Assembly (NCBI GenBank): GCA_000004985.1
Contig: GG738845.1
Direction: 5' to 3' (one strand)
DNA length: 64,000 nt
Source: Naegleria gruberi
Taxonomy: Eukaryota
Positions 53,038 through 64,000 of the stretch are shown here, piece after piece (positions within the stretch are counted from its first letter, which is position 1; each line of letters begins with the position of its first letter). Under the pieces are notes generated by a model. It was not told where the DNA came from and searched no databases. It was given only the letters and a program-made list of their open reading frames with translations. The translations under genes were made by a program, and so were the position numbers.

Positions 53038-56000
53038 ATGTCTTCAAATAATAATCGGATACCTTTATCAAACAATGGATCAAGATTTATTGATGCCTTT
53101 CTTCCTCCTTTTTGTGCCCAATTTTCTATTATCAACGAAATGCCTCCACTGACTGTCAAAGAACAACCAATATTCAAAAATATCGATCATCCATCCAAAG
53201 ACTTGTACACTTATAATTTATTACAATGTCCTCATCACAAAGAGGAAGTAATTAAATGGCTTGATACCAATGATGAAAATTTAGTTGAAGGACTTTATAA
53301 TGTTCTCACTTCAAAACCAAGAATGGATGATGAAATGTAAGTTTTCAGCAAAAGGAGTTATAAATTCTTTGCCAAGTATTTTAAACTCTAATGGTGGTAG
53401 TTTAGTACAACAAGATTTGAATAATAATAGTAAGAATTCAGTACTTTTGAGTTCACTCTTAAAATTCCAGGAAGATAAAGAAAATCGACCAATCAATCCT
53501 TCACCTGTATCATATGATTTATATAAGAAATCTTTACAAAAAGAAACACCAAAAGTTACTTCTAATACTACACCAATCAAGATTCGTAAAGCTAGAAGAA
53601 ATAAGAGTAAGTTTTCACTAAACATTCATTTAAAATCTTCTATTTTAGAATTAATTGATGAAGTTGAGACACAAGAAAAACCATCTTCAACAGTATCTAA
53701 TGGTCAACCTTCAAAACTAGTAATTAATGCAAAACTTGCTCCAAAAACAACAAGTGTCGAAAAACTTATAGGAGCACTTGATGAACTTTTTGCATGGAGT
53801 GACTTTAGACAAAGCGAAGATGAATTGGTGGAAGAAAAATTTCTTAAGGATGTAGAAGTTGAAATAGGCTTGGCTCATAAAAATAATTATTTGAAAGAAG
53901 TACCTACGGAAAAATTAATTAAATTGTTAAGTGTGCTAGAGAGTCAAGTTAATGTAGGATTAGAATTAGTTAAAGTAGTATCAGAAACTTCAAGAGAAGA
54001 ATTAGTAGAATCTTTAAAACAAGATAAGGATAGTATTAGTAAGGCTTCAAGATGTGCTATACTATCATTTACTGTTATGTCTGGTAGAGGCGTTTCTAAG
54101 GAAACTCTAAATGAAGAATGTTTTGAAACCATTCTTGATTTTACCAAAACAGTTTTGAGAAAATATATTTATCCTATTGTAGAATCAGAAGAAGCTCCAA
54201 AAAAGAAAACAAGTAGAAAATACAGTTGCAATTCAGAGATGATTCAATTGTGTAAAATTTTCAAAAAATTAGACAAAATTCTTAGGAAACAGTCTTTGAA
54301 AGACGAATTTATTTTAACAATATCAGATATCGTTGTTTCTACTTTCTTTGTAAATGGTATTGATGATATACAACTTGCATCATTGGGTGTTATTACAAAA
54401 GTAAGTTTATTATTATTGATTCACAGAGGTATTAATAATCACAAAAAATGTGTTAATAGATTTTCTCTTCTTATCCAGATCACAGAGAACAAATTCTTGG
54501 TGAGATAACAGTTTCTCTTTTAAGGCTTCCAGCCAACAAGAAGACTGACAGAAGGTTTAGAATACCAGAAACTTCAATTCATATCCAAATGTTCACATCT
54601 CTTATGCTTCAATTAATTCATTCATGCACTGATATCAAACGAAATGAAACTTCTGTAGCAAGAAAACTCATCTTTGATAATGTTGAAAATAATTCAGATG
54701 ATGATCAGGATGATGATATTATGAAGGACTCAACTCCTGAATCAGAAGACATTATTATTACTACATATGAACAAGCTGTTCGTTGTGCCACAACATTTTC
54801 AGAGTATTTCTTGGAAAGATGTACAAAATCAGAATCTGTGGATGGAGATAATAGACTAATTATTGAACATTTTGTGGAGGATTTACTGGTGGTTCTTCCA
54901 TTGCCATCATGGCCAGCAGCAGATCTTTTACTTCAAGCGTTAGCTAACATTCTTTGCAATAAGTATCTCTCTCAAAAAGATATTGCTGATAAGTATAGAC
55001 AATTGGCTTTAAAAATTTTGGGAAAACTTGCTGCTAGAATTAAAGAACTTGAATTTAAAAATTTACAGTTCATGAAGGACTACATGTTAACAATGGAATG
55101 CGTACAGGATAACAATGGTGAAACTAGTAATACTATGGAGTTACATACTACCAAATTGCAAGATGAGTTTAAAACTTTATTTGAGTTGGACGAAATTGAC
55201 AAGATGAAACTTTCGCTATTCACATATCTCAATATGAAGCAAAAAGATTATCCAATGATTTCTTATTCTAAACAGTTTACAATCGCTCAGTGGTTTTATG
55301 ATGAAAGAGAAATAGAAAAGAAAGCACCATTCTACAAAACTTTATTATTGAGAGATGATACTGATACTGTAAACACGTATGTAGTATTTTAAATTATCAT
55401 TTATTAATTCCAATCCAAAAGACCCCTACAAGATGTCGAGTCACAAAATTTATATATTAATATTCTTTGTAACAGAAATTCAAGTATCATTAACAAGTTT
55501 GACTTTGTCTTTGGCCAAATTATTTCAGAACTGAAGGATGACAAACCAAAAGTCCGCGCAGATGCTATCAAAGCTTTACAAACAGTTATTAATATGGATT
55601 CATCTGTATTAATGAAAAATTACGTACAACTTGGAATTCGTGAAAGAACTGTAGATGCATTCCCTTCAGTGAGAGAGTCTGTTATTGATTTAATAGGAAA
55701 TGCTATGATAACTCTGAAAAGATATGAAGATTTTTATATCAGAATAATATTAGATAGAGTCAAAGATACATCAAAGAGTGTTAGAAAGAAAAGTATTACA
55801 ATTCTGGGAGAACTTTGTTCCTTAATTACTGAAGATAATATGATTACAGAAATTTGTAAAACTTTAGCAAGTAGATTAAGCCATCAAAACAAGGAAGAAG
55901 ATAATATCAAGGAACTAGTTTTAAAAACCTTCACAAAGCTATGGTTTGATAAAAATACCACAGAAAAATTCAAGCTAAGTGGGCTTCAAATTGTGGATGT

Positions 56001-58377
56001 TATAGGAAAGCAAGCAATAGATTTTAAACAGTACAAAGATCATTGGCTCTATCAAATTATTAATGTAAGTTATCATCTTTAATACTAACTATATTTAAAC
56101 TTTATTAACAGTTGGCCAGTATGTCAAAAGATCACGAAAAAATTCAAACTTCTCTTAAAATGATAATTGAAACTCTTATACAACATGTAATCAAATTGGA
56201 TAGCGAAGAAAAAAAAGCTACATCGCCTAGCGAGTTATTCAATAGGTTTAATATTGTAACTTGTATGAGTGCTTTACATTTGATTTGTCTAGCTGATCAT
56301 TCTTTATTTCTTTCTCACTTTAGAAATATTTCTGGTAAGTCGCAGAAAATTTAACCATCTAATTATTCAACCCATTAGTATATATTAAATCTGAGAATCA
56401 ACTCCCTCTTGTTTATCATGCTGTATGCATAGTTGATAAGTTATCTCCTTATATTAACAAACCAGAGCAAAAATTTTGCGATGTTCTCCAAAAAGAATTA
56501 GTGAAATTAATATTTTCATGTCCAGGTGTTAAACAAGAAATAATAGAGGCGTGTGTCAGCTGTTTGTGTAATTTTTGCTCAAGAATCAAAAATACTCAAT
56601 ATTTATACACTGTTCTTAATAATATATTCTCTTTCATAACAGTGTCAGATACTAATCTGCAAAGCGAAGCAAGAACTTGCAGATTGCTTTATGCAGCAGC
56701 ACTATTTTGCAGATATCACGACTTTGATAGTACTTCAGATATGATTGAAAATATTACCAATCAAAACTTGAAACCTGGAAAAATTGTACAAACTATTTAC
56801 AGCATCACTATTGGCTGGATTTCCAAATCGTCTGAATTGATCAAGCAAAAAGCAGCCAGATCTTTAGGATTCTTATTGATAAGACAACCTAAACTTTTCT
56901 TGGTAAAGCAAACTCAAACTGCTATTTCACAAAGCTTGTCCAGTGAAAATAGGGATTTTGTCTATGAAGTTGTCTTGATGTTTAAAGACTTTTTACTGGC
57001 TGAAGAATCAAAGCTAAGCTCCGCTACCCACCAAGAGAATATGGATGCCGGTGTAACATCAACTTTAATGTTAAGCTACATTGATGCATTGATTGCTCTT
57101 TTAGACGATACTACTGATTATATTAGGCATGCCACTCTAGAAGTTTTAGAATTAACTGTACAACAAGGATTAACTATTCCTTCAAAGATAATGAAATATA
57201 CATTGGCAATGGAATCAGATCCTAATAGTGATGTTAGAGAAAAAGCCCATACTATTAATTTATACCTTAAAGACAGATTTTTAAAAATGTTTACCAGTGA
57301 AGCCAGACATAGTTTTTCAAAGGCATTTATGCATTTGAATAATATTAATGAGAAATCTGTTATAGTGAAAGGAATAATTGATGGTAAAAGTGCCTTCCAT
57401 GGTATTTATTCATTGTGCNNNNNNNNNNNNNNNNNNNNNNNNNNNNNNNNNNNNNNNNNNNNNNNNNNNNNNNNNNNNNNNNNNNNNNNNNNNNNNNNNN
57501 NNNNNNNNNNNNNNNNNNNNNNNNNNNNNNNNNNNNNNNNNNNNNNNNNNNNNNNNNNNNNNNNNNNNNNNNNNNNNNNNNNNNNNNNNNNNNNNNNNNN
57601 NNNNNNNNNNNNNNNNNNNNNNNNNNNNNNNNNNNNNNNNNNNNNNNNNNNNNNNNNNNNNNNNNNNNNNNNNNNNNTACCTTTATGATAGAAGCTCTAA
57701 TTCATTTACCATATAAGAGCTTGTATGAAGTTGCCGAAATTGTAACTACTCTTGGTGAAAAATTGGATATGTTAGGAGATAGTGTGAAAGAAGAGCTTAA
57801 AAATCAAATCAAAAATGAGGAAAAGGAGTTGAAATATGTCAGAAAATACATTACACTATCATGCTGTTTATGTTTCTTGATTCAATTTAAAAACACACTC
57901 CAAGTTAGATATAATTTGACAAATTCAAAGATGGAAGAGTATTCTGCAGATTCAAAGTCCTTCATCAAAAAGATTATTACATCCTCCTCTATCAGGGATG
58001 TTTCTCTTGTGGAATTTAATTTAATAATTCCTAAATTAGTTAAAACTATCTCAAGTCAAGACTATGAAGATGAAACAATAGCTGAATTGTATCAATGGTC
58101 AAAAAAAATTATCAAGAGCCACATGCACGATGGTTTTAATGTTACAGTGGGAAAAGCAAAAAGAGGAAAAAGAAAAACTTCTACAACCAAAAAAACCACC
58201 AAAAAGAAACCAGCACCAAAAAAGAGGAAGAAGGCTGAGGAAGAGGAAGAATATTCTGGAGAAGATACTGAAGAAGACAATCCACCAAATGAGGAAGAAG
58301 AGAAAACACCCCACGAAAGTGCCTCTGAAGAGGAAGTTGAACCAATACAGACCAGGAAAAGAACAAAGAGAAAATAA
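53038..58377 (+). CDS. NIPBL: Cohesin loader SCC2/NIPBL (Nipped-B). The gene has several exons, and internal junctions fall at about 54400/54460, 55376/55422, 56064/56112 and 56334/56379. A 259-nt assembly gap lies inside the CDS, and the 5'-most exon join is unresolved.
   Basis: IFSSYPDHREQILGEITVSLLRLPANKK resembles human VFSRYEKHRQLILEEIFTSLARLPTSKRS. IHIQMFTSLMLQLIH resembles MYIQMVTALVLQLIQ. KQFTIAQWFYDEREIEKKA resembles KFYIAQWFRDTTLETEKAMK. SVRKKSITILGELC resembles SVREAAVELLGRFV. IKELVLKTFTKLWFD resembles IKKLVNETFQKLWFT. CVSCLCNF resembles CVSCLGAV. All resolved introns are 44-59 nt GT..AG and keep the frame. Confidence 0.8.
57419..57677. other. Assembly gap, a run of N inside the SCC2/NIPBL CDS.
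   Basis: Two hundred and fifty-nine consecutive n characters are present at this position. Confidence 0.99.
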
Positions 58378-58383
58378 AAAAGT

Positions 58384-59808
58384 TTATTGACCTGGTTGTA
58401 CAAAAATATATTCCTTGGAGTATTTTAGCTTTGGAGTGACATTAGGGGTTAACTGCTTTCTCTCCTGTTCTGAATAACCATCACATCCAGGATTACTACA
58501 AGTAAAAATGCATACACAACCGAATTGCATTCCTTCCTCCACACCCTTCTTTACGTATTTATCTACCTGTAATTGATAAATTAGAGTAGGTAAAATCTCA
58601 AGTTCAAAAACTCTAGGAGCGCCACACTTGTCACATTTTGGAATGTAATCTGAAGGATTTGGCTCTAAATCATGTTCGTGATCCAATTCGTCCTCATCAT
58701 CACTGTGTTCAGAATCTTTTAAAGCTACTCTTTGTGCCTTTTCTTCCATTAGTTTTTTCTTAATCTGTACATATTTTGAAAGTAGATCTGTAGGTGCATC
58801 AGAAACCCATAATGGTTTACCACCGTATTGCCATCTTATTGACTGGTTAGGGCATTTTGCAAGAATAGTTTGAAAGTGTACAAAAGCAAGACTAATCTTT
58901 TGAGACTCAGGAATTTCAACTCCTTGGTTTGTTTCAGCATGTGTTTCATCATCTGTTTCTTCACTATGCTCTCCTTCTACTTTATCACCTTCTTCGGTTT
59001 CCTTGAAATTAATTCCTTGAATCTTTTCGCTCATAAATTTCTTTGCAAATGCCTCAGCTTCAACACCTTCGTTCACTTCTTCATTTTTCAATTCCTTTAA
59101 TAATTTCATTTCTTGGGAATCCTCTGGAAATTCTTCATCTTCTGGTTCCTCATAAATATCCAAAGCAAAACATGGTAAATTTCCTTCTGAAACTGCCAAA
59201 GAAACCTTCTTCTTCTTTTTCTTAGTAGTTTCCTTTTTGGTTACTTTTTGCAAAGAAGAAGCTTGATTTGCAAGTAAATTATCTAACTCCTTGTCATCAA
59301 CTGTTTGATTCCAATCCGTAACTTGTTCGGTATTAACTTCTAATTTAACTTGATCTTTTGGCTTGTTTTTTTGCTTTTCGACCCTCTTTTCATCTACTTT
59401 GAATTGTGTTCTTAAACAGGTCCATGCATTGCTCTTTTCACTACAACTTGCATTATTACAACCAAACACATATAAAAAACGATCATAGCCAGCAATAGGA
59501 ACATAGCATTGGGTGACCAGGAATAATTTAGATGAACAAATCCCACACTTTAATTTTGGAAGTTGTGGAACAAGGTTTGCGATATCCTTATCACTTCTTC
59601 CCTTCAATTCCATAATATCAAGTTCACTCTCCGAGATCCAAGCAGGATTTCCTCCTAGTTTGTTAAAATATGGATCATTATCATCAGGAGTATTTTCACC
59701 AACTCTTTGTTCTGGTTCTCCAATCCAAGGATATTCTTCAAAATAATTACTTTCAAGACCAAATTCTTTTAAATCTTGCTCCGAAGATGAAGAGCCTATG
59801 CTTAACAT
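58384..59808 (-). CDS. PDCD2: Programmed cell death protein 2 (PDCD2/Zfrp8 family), single exon, 474 aa.
   Basis: The N-terminal region KCGICSSKLFLVTQCYVPIAGYDRFLYVFGCNNASCSEKSNAWTCLRTQ matches the PDCD2 N-terminal region. The C-terminal CDKCGAPRVFELEILPTLIYQL...FGCVCIFTCSNPGCDG matches the PDCD2_C domain. The ATG is at 59808. Confidence 0.75.
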   Translation of the reverse strand: MLSIGSSSSEQDLKEFGLESNYFEEYPWIGEPEQRVGENTPDDNDPYFNKLGGNPAWISESELDIMELKGRSDKDIANLVPQLPKLKCGICSSKLFLVTQCYVPIAGYDRFLYVFGCNNASCSEKSNAWTCLRTQFKVDEKRVEKQKNKPKDQVKLEVNTEQVTDWNQTVDDKELDNLLANQASSLQKVTKKETTKKKKKKVSLAVSEGNLPCFALDIYEEPEDEEFPEDSQEMKLLKELKNEEVNEGVEAEAFAKKFMSEKIQGINFKETEEGDKVEGEHSEETDDETHAETNQGVEIPESQKISLAFVHFQTILAKCPNQSIRWQYGGKPLWVSDAPTDLLSKYVQIKKKLMEEKAQRVALKDSEHSDDEDELDHEHDLEPNPSDYIPKCDKCGAPRVFELEILPTLIYQLQVDKYVKKGVEEGMQFGCVCIFTCSNPGCDGYSEQERKQLTPNVTPKLKYSKEYIFVQPGQ

Positions 59809-59894
59809 TTTTTTTAAAACTTATTTTAATTCAACAAGTATTGCTACCAACCGAGATTTGATGCATAATAAGAATATTATTTATTATTATTGTA

Positions 59895-62774
59895 TTACAT
59901 TTCTTGCTTGGTCATACTATCGGCAATACTATTATTAAATCTGATAGAATCTAATCTCTCCAGTTCTCCTTGAAAATAGTTGGCCAAGTGGATCTTTACA
60001 AACTCCAAAATCTCTAAAACATTGTACTGGGTGAGTGTAGTATCTTTCCTTTCTTTACCTTTCCACAAATAAATAGGCATTTTGATGTTTTCGACACCAT
60101 ACTCTTTCATCATTATCAACAATTCCTCTATTATCATTTGTGTCTTTGGAAGAATGTTAATGTTCAAATCCATTAAAAATGTTCTCCTTCCCTTTGCATT
60201 AGGAGATTTTGGACAGATCACAAGTGACTTCTTAATGTATTTAATATGCTTTCCAAGGGAGTTTACAATTCGTTCCACTCTTTCAACTGTAAAATCATCA
60301 AATGGTATTTCGAAAGTGAATACGTCGGTTGTCTTAATGTCTTCATCACTCCATGATTTAGAAAGTTTTTGAGGTGATTCATTTGGCTTATATCTCAAAA
60401 CTAAACCATCAGGAGTGCTCACATAACCTGTTGGTATTATTCTCGATCCAGTGGTATTTGCAGCCAACCTATGAGCTTTCACAAAGCTGTCTTGAGCTTT
60501 TTGTTTCTTAACCCTCATATCTTTACTTTCATACCATTGCCCCAGTTTTTTACAAAGATAGACAGTATTCTCAAATTGTCTTTTTTGAATAGAGATACTA
60601 ATAGAGCTTCTCGAAACGATACTCCTAGCACTTGCAATGCTTCCAACTACAGAACTGTTGGTACTATGATTTTTCATTGGTGAGTCAATCATAATTGGTG
60701 AATAATTCTCCACTGGTCTACCTTTGATTTCCTTTTGTGGACTTTCAATAGATTCTCTTATTGAGTCTGATTTGGAATCTGCAGATTCAACCTCAATCAC
60801 CTCTTGTTCTTTGGCCATTACATCTCCAAATTGGTTAATAAATGAATCCTCTGCATCACCTAGCAATTGATTGGTCTTTTCAGGAGAGTTTTTTGGTCTT
60901 GGTGTCATTTCAGAATCAGAAGATAGATAAGGAGGTTCATTTTGTGCTTCTTTTGTTGGTGACTCCATTTCTTTAACAGGTGAGGATGTTACAGGATTTT
61001 CAGACAAAGTCTCATGAATAGCAAAACTTAATATAAAATGATTGATTTTTCCCTTGATTTTGTCATCGTCATCCATGAACTCAGAATGAAGATCAGAGTA
61101 AATATCAGATCCCTCAGCTTCAACTTCTTGAGAGCTGAATATATCTTTCAATGTTGATGTATTTAGTAATCCTTTTCCTAGAGCTTTGAATTCTGAGTAA
61201 ATGTTAATTCCCTTCTCATCAACGGCTCTAATATCTGAAAAATATTCTGGTTCTGCATAGCTCAAATGCTTCAATAAAGCTCCTCTTAATGTTGACATCC
61301 ATAGAGGAAAAGCAGTCAGTTCTGTATTGACTTGTTTTCTTGAATGAGGGCTTTGCAAAAACAGAATAGCCAACACAATAGAGAGTTCAACTTTGAGTAA
61401 TTTGTGAGCTATCATGGTAGAATTTTGTTTTTGCTTGCTATTAGTTTTGTTTTGTTCTAATGATGATTTCAATAAAACAGAGAGTGTTTGAAAATGACCA
61501 ACAATAAGTCTTGAAACTTTTTCTTCGTAAGGTGAGGTTTGCAAAAGGTATCTTAAAGCTCTTACAGCTAGAGAAGCAGGTCTAACTGTACATTGTTTCA
61601 AAACTCTGATAAATGATTTCCAATATCCTTTTGAAATAAACTCTCTATGTACATCTAAGAATAATTCCTTTCTTCCATCAGAATTTTCTGCAATTTTCGA
61701 ACTGAACAAGGTTTCCAGCAACTTACAAACTGCCTCAAGAACATCCCTTGAAGAGTCTTTAGTTAATCTGTCATTCAATACTTTACAAAGAGTTGGAACA
61801 GAAACAAACTGGGTTGCCTTTGGATCACTCTTAAATATAATTTCAATAATTTCTGCCGATAATGCTCTAACCTCTTGACTTGAATCGATATTTAAAACCT
61901 TGATACACACTTGAAGAGTATTTTCTTTCAACAATTCATCTGGGTAATGATTACTGAACTCTCTCAAAATTGCACAACAATAGCTCCTTACCAATGCATT
62001 CGAGTCACTTTCCAAGCATTTCAAAAGTTGACTAACTCCCTTTTGAAGAAGTAATGCAAGTCTTCCAACTTCGTTACGAACAACAAAGAAAAACAAACAT
62101 TCGGCCACTGCTAAACGAACTTCTTCATTTCCACTATTTGGAATACCTTCTTCCCTATCTTTTTCAAACAAAAATTCCATTAGCACATCTATACCATGCT
62201 CATCAGCAATAGCTTCAGCACACATCTTTGAAAGTGCTTTTAACTTTTGGTCATCCACGGTCTGTTCATACATATTCCTTGATTCATACGAACATATACT
62301 AACGAACTTGCTCATACATTTTAAAGCATAAATTTTCAAATGATTTAACAATTGATCCGTTTCGATTGCAATTTGAAGTTGATAACCTCCTTCCTTAGAA
62401 GATTCAATATAAGCATTGGATTTTGTGAACTGAGGAACACTAACAAAATCCAATAGGAGAGAGATGAAGGTATATTCCTCTTCCTTCTCTAAAGCATTAT
62501 CAAATACTAATGCCTTCAATCTTTCTGGCTCAGGGTCTGATGACAGAAGAGTAACTGCTAATTGGAAACATTCCAATGCTTGATCAATACTTTCCATCGA
62601 TAAATCCTTAGAGGCTTGATTAAGAAACCTTCTAATGTTTGATAAACAATCATAAAGACACTCGCAAATATTTTTCATGCAATCAGCTTCTTCCTCAATG
62701 GAAGGAGCAGGCTCAGAGCCGTAAAAACCTTTCTTTCTTGACTTTGATATATTTTCATCATTAAAGTCTTTCAT
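59895..62774 (-). CDS. Hypothetical 959-aa armadillo/HEAT-repeat protein with a distinct C-terminal domain of about 200 aa.
   Basis: It is a long single ORF that starts at an ATG at 62774. Repeated helical units of about 40 aa run through the first 600 aa. The C-terminal region ...YKPNESPQKLSKSWSDEDIKTTDVFTFEIPFDDFTVERVERIVNSLGKHIKYIKKSLVICPKS... shows no recognisable motif. Confidence 0.5.
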   Translation of the reverse strand: MKDFNDENISKSRKKGFYGSEPAPSIEEEADCMKNICECLYDCLSNIRRFLNQASKDLSMESIDQALECFQLAVTLLSSDPEPERLKALVFDNALEKEEEYTFISLLLDFVSVPQFTKSNAYIESSKEGGYQLQIAIETDQLLNHLKIYALKCMSKFVSICSYESRNMYEQTVDDQKLKALSKMCAEAIADEHGIDVLMEFLFEKDREEGIPNSGNEEVRLAVAECLFFFVVRNEVGRLALLLQKGVSQLLKCLESDSNALVRSYCCAILREFSNHYPDELLKENTLQVCIKVLNIDSSQEVRALSAEIIEIIFKSDPKATQFVSVPTLCKVLNDRLTKDSSRDVLEAVCKLLETLFSSKIAENSDGRKELFLDVHREFISKGYWKSFIRVLKQCTVRPASLAVRALRYLLQTSPYEEKVSRLIVGHFQTLSVLLKSSLEQNKTNSKQKQNSTMIAHKLLKVELSIVLAILFLQSPHSRKQVNTELTAFPLWMSTLRGALLKHLSYAEPEYFSDIRAVDEKGINIYSEFKALGKGLLNTSTLKDIFSSQEVEAEGSDIYSDLHSEFMDDDDKIKGKINHFILSFAIHETLSENPVTSSPVKEMESPTKEAQNEPPYLSSDSEMTPRPKNSPEKTNQLLGDAEDSFINQFGDVMAKEQEVIEVESADSKSDSIRESIESPQKEIKGRPVENYSPIMIDSPMKNHSTNSSVVGSIASARSIVSRSSISISIQKRQFENTVYLCKKLGQWYESKDMRVKKQKAQDSFVKAHRLAANTTGSRIIPTGYVSTPDGLVLRYKPNESPQKLSKSWSDEDIKTTDVFTFEIPFDDFTVERVERIVNSLGKHIKYIKKSLVICPKSPNAKGRRTFLMDLNINILPKTQMIIEELLIMMKEYGVENIKMPIYLWKGKERKDTTLTQYNVLEILEFVKIHLANYFQGELERLDSIRFNNSIADSMTKQEM

Positions 62775-62908
62775 TATTAAATATCGGTTAAAATAAAGGT
62801 TTGCTTTTGTTATTTTTTTTAAGGATGAATTTCGTAACGTTTTTGCAAGCTTCTACTGTAGGTGAAGAATGTTGTACTGAATATTGATTTAAATTTTATT
62901 TAAAAAAA

Positions 62909-63784
62909 ATGTTAAACTCATCATCTTTGCTAGCACACAGCCGCTCATATATTCGTACCCTCTCACAAGTGGGACGTAATACCATCAACAAAAACGGATT
63001 TAATATTAATTCTATTATGATGAACCAAGAACAATTTAGAGGAATTAAAAGTAATCCAAAAGCTGGAAAGAGTCAAAAGGGTCAATCACTCTTTACTCGT
63101 CAAAAACCTAGTGTTACATTCTTGGAGGAAATTGCAGAACCTTATATTCCAAAACTTTACAGTACCAATAATCCATCATCAGGAATTAAAGAAACCTTCT
63201 CAAGACTGTGGTTTCAATTTTTGAAGGTTTTAAGTCACAACAGATCTCTTTTCCGTATTTTCAGAAGATTGGGAAGTCAATTTGGAGTTAAAGGCAATGC
63301 TAATTTTCAAAAGGAAGTTTTTGAACATTTTCTAGAGTATAAAAAAGGAATTGCAAATAACGACCTCAAGAAATTGAACAAAGTTTGTACATCAAGAGTC
63401 TTAACTCAACTAAAGAGAGATAGTAGACATAATTCAGAAAAATATCAAATTGAATTAACTACAAATTCTAAACCAAAGGTTGTTCACTCTTTCATTTTGG
63501 ATGTTAATCAAAACAAAGAAATAGCACAAGTAACTGTTAAAATGGATTTGAATGAGAAATTATTCAGCAAACAGGATATAGCTGGTGGAAAACAACAATT
63601 GAACCTTGAGTCTGATGAAAACAAAGTATATTATGTAGTATTTGAGAAACCATTAGATGATTTCAGCAAACAATGGATGATTGCTGGTTTTGTTGATCCT
63701 GCCAAAAAGTATATCGAACCAACAACAAAAGAAATCATGTATGGCGGAAGTGCACAAAAATTAACAAATGCAAATGAAATATAA
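62909..63784 (+). CDS. Mitochondrial protein with a Tim44-like domain, possibly mitoribosomal mL45 or Mba1-like. 291 aa.
   Basis: The N-terminus MLNSSSLLAHSRSYIRTLSQVGRN is an amphipathic basic presequence. The C-terminal half, YYVVFEKPLDDFSKQWMIAGFVDP, is compatible with a Tim44-like/NTF2-like fold. The family assignment is tentative. Confidence 0.35.
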   Translation: MLNSSSLLAHSRSYIRTLSQVGRNTINKNGFNINSIMMNQEQFRGIKSNPKAGKSQKGQSLFTRQKPSVTFLEEIAEPYIPKLYSTNNPSSGIKETFSRLWFQFLKVLSHNRSLFRIFRRLGSQFGVKGNANFQKEVFEHFLEYKKGIANNDLKKLNKVCTSRVLTQLKRDSRHNSEKYQIELTTNSKPKVVHSFILDVNQNKEIAQVTVKMDLNEKLFSKQDIAGGKQQLNLESDENKVYYVVFEKPLDDFSKQWMIAGFVDPAKKYIEPTTKEIMYGGSAQKLTNANEI

Positions 63785-63858
63785 ACCCAAAGGGCAGAAG
63801 AAATTCTTGTTTACAATTAATTTAATAAATTCCAAATGTAGGGATGTTGGTTTAAGCT

Positions 63859-64000
63859 TTAGTTGTCAATACCATACTTTTCCATTTCTTCAAGTCTCTT
63901 TTCACGAAGTTCTTTAGCTTGTTCTTTTTGTTTTGTGGTCATAGGGATTAAAGTAGCTGGGTGAATGGCAAGTGTTGGTTGTAAAAAGTGTCTGTAGAAA
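63859..64000 (-). CDS. 3' end of an unidentified CDS; the 5' part lies beyond the window.
   Basis: The open frame on the minus strand ends ...LAIHPATLIPMTTKQKEQAKELREKRLEEMEKYGIDN*, with the stop codon at about 63859-63861. Confidence 0.3.
   Translation of the reverse strand, partial: FYRHFLQPTLAIHPATLIPMTTKQKEQAKELREKRLEEMEKYGIDN

Noticed and set aside
53337-53348. gtaagttttcag read as a 12-nt intron joining the first two NIPBL ORFs.
   Set aside because: It is far shorter than every other intron in the window (40-59 nt), and splicing it would still leave a stop codon in frame. A frameshift or assembly error, or a missed exon, is more likely.
1-64000. Evidence for mobile elements, CRISPR arrays or prokaryotic operon-like systems.
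   Set aside because: The sequence is a eukaryotic chromosome. I find no terminal inverted or direct long repeats, no transposase or reverse-transcriptase ORFs, and no repeat-spacer arrays.

Overview
The window is eukaryotic nuclear DNA: AT-rich, densely packed with protein-coding genes on both strands, with short GT..AG introns (mostly 40-60 nt; one of about 160 nt) and many single-exon genes. It contains two runs of N (51114-51170 and 57419-57677), so it comes from a draft assembly. I support about 37 protein-coding genes and no rRNA, tRNA, CRISPR array or transposon. Genes I recognise from the translations, without any database search, are: RNA polymerase I/III subunit AC40, TEX10/Ipi1, exportin-5, a cyclic-nucleotide-binding six-TM cation channel, ORC6, mitochondrial-type glutamyl-tRNA synthetase, PACRG (a ciliary/flagellar axoneme protein, so the organism builds cilia or flagella), a Rheb-like Ras-family GTPase, eIF3a, EMC4, RagA/B GTPase, a jacalin-lectin protein, a Sis1/DNAJB-type DnaJ, the cohesin loader SCC2/NIPBL, PDCD2, alkaline ceramidase and a Yip1-family protein. 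The lineage cannot be assigned from this window. The poly-N/Q/S tracts, compact genes, short introns and a ciliary gene fit a compact protist or a small-genome invertebrate. Several ORF-track entries begin at TTG or GTG rather than ATG; where a real ATG is evident I use it. The hunt produced nine main points. (1) Same-strand neighbours are repeatedly separated by only 5-70 bp, which suggests polycistronic or overlapping transcription units. (2) A GC-rich palindrome TGGCGCCA, an E2F-like TTTGGCGC core, recurs in AT-rich upstream spacers. (3) The cNMP-gated channel carries a C-terminal OTU-like domain in which the catalytic Cys box reads GNDLF. (4) A divergent small-GTPase domain is fused to three Raf-type Ras-binding-domain-like repeats. 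(5) Rheb-like, RagA/B and eIF3a genes sit within 6 kb of each other. (6) An Obg-fold-like glycine-rich module lies inside an approximately 1100-aa protein. (7) A secreted Cys/Lys/Tyr-rich repeat protein lies at the window edge. (8) SCC2/NIPBL shows a 5' frame discontinuity and both assembly gaps fall inside coding sequence. (9) A two-exon tandem domain duplication is visible at 1657-2591. Intron coordinates were derived by hand and may be off by 1-2 nt.
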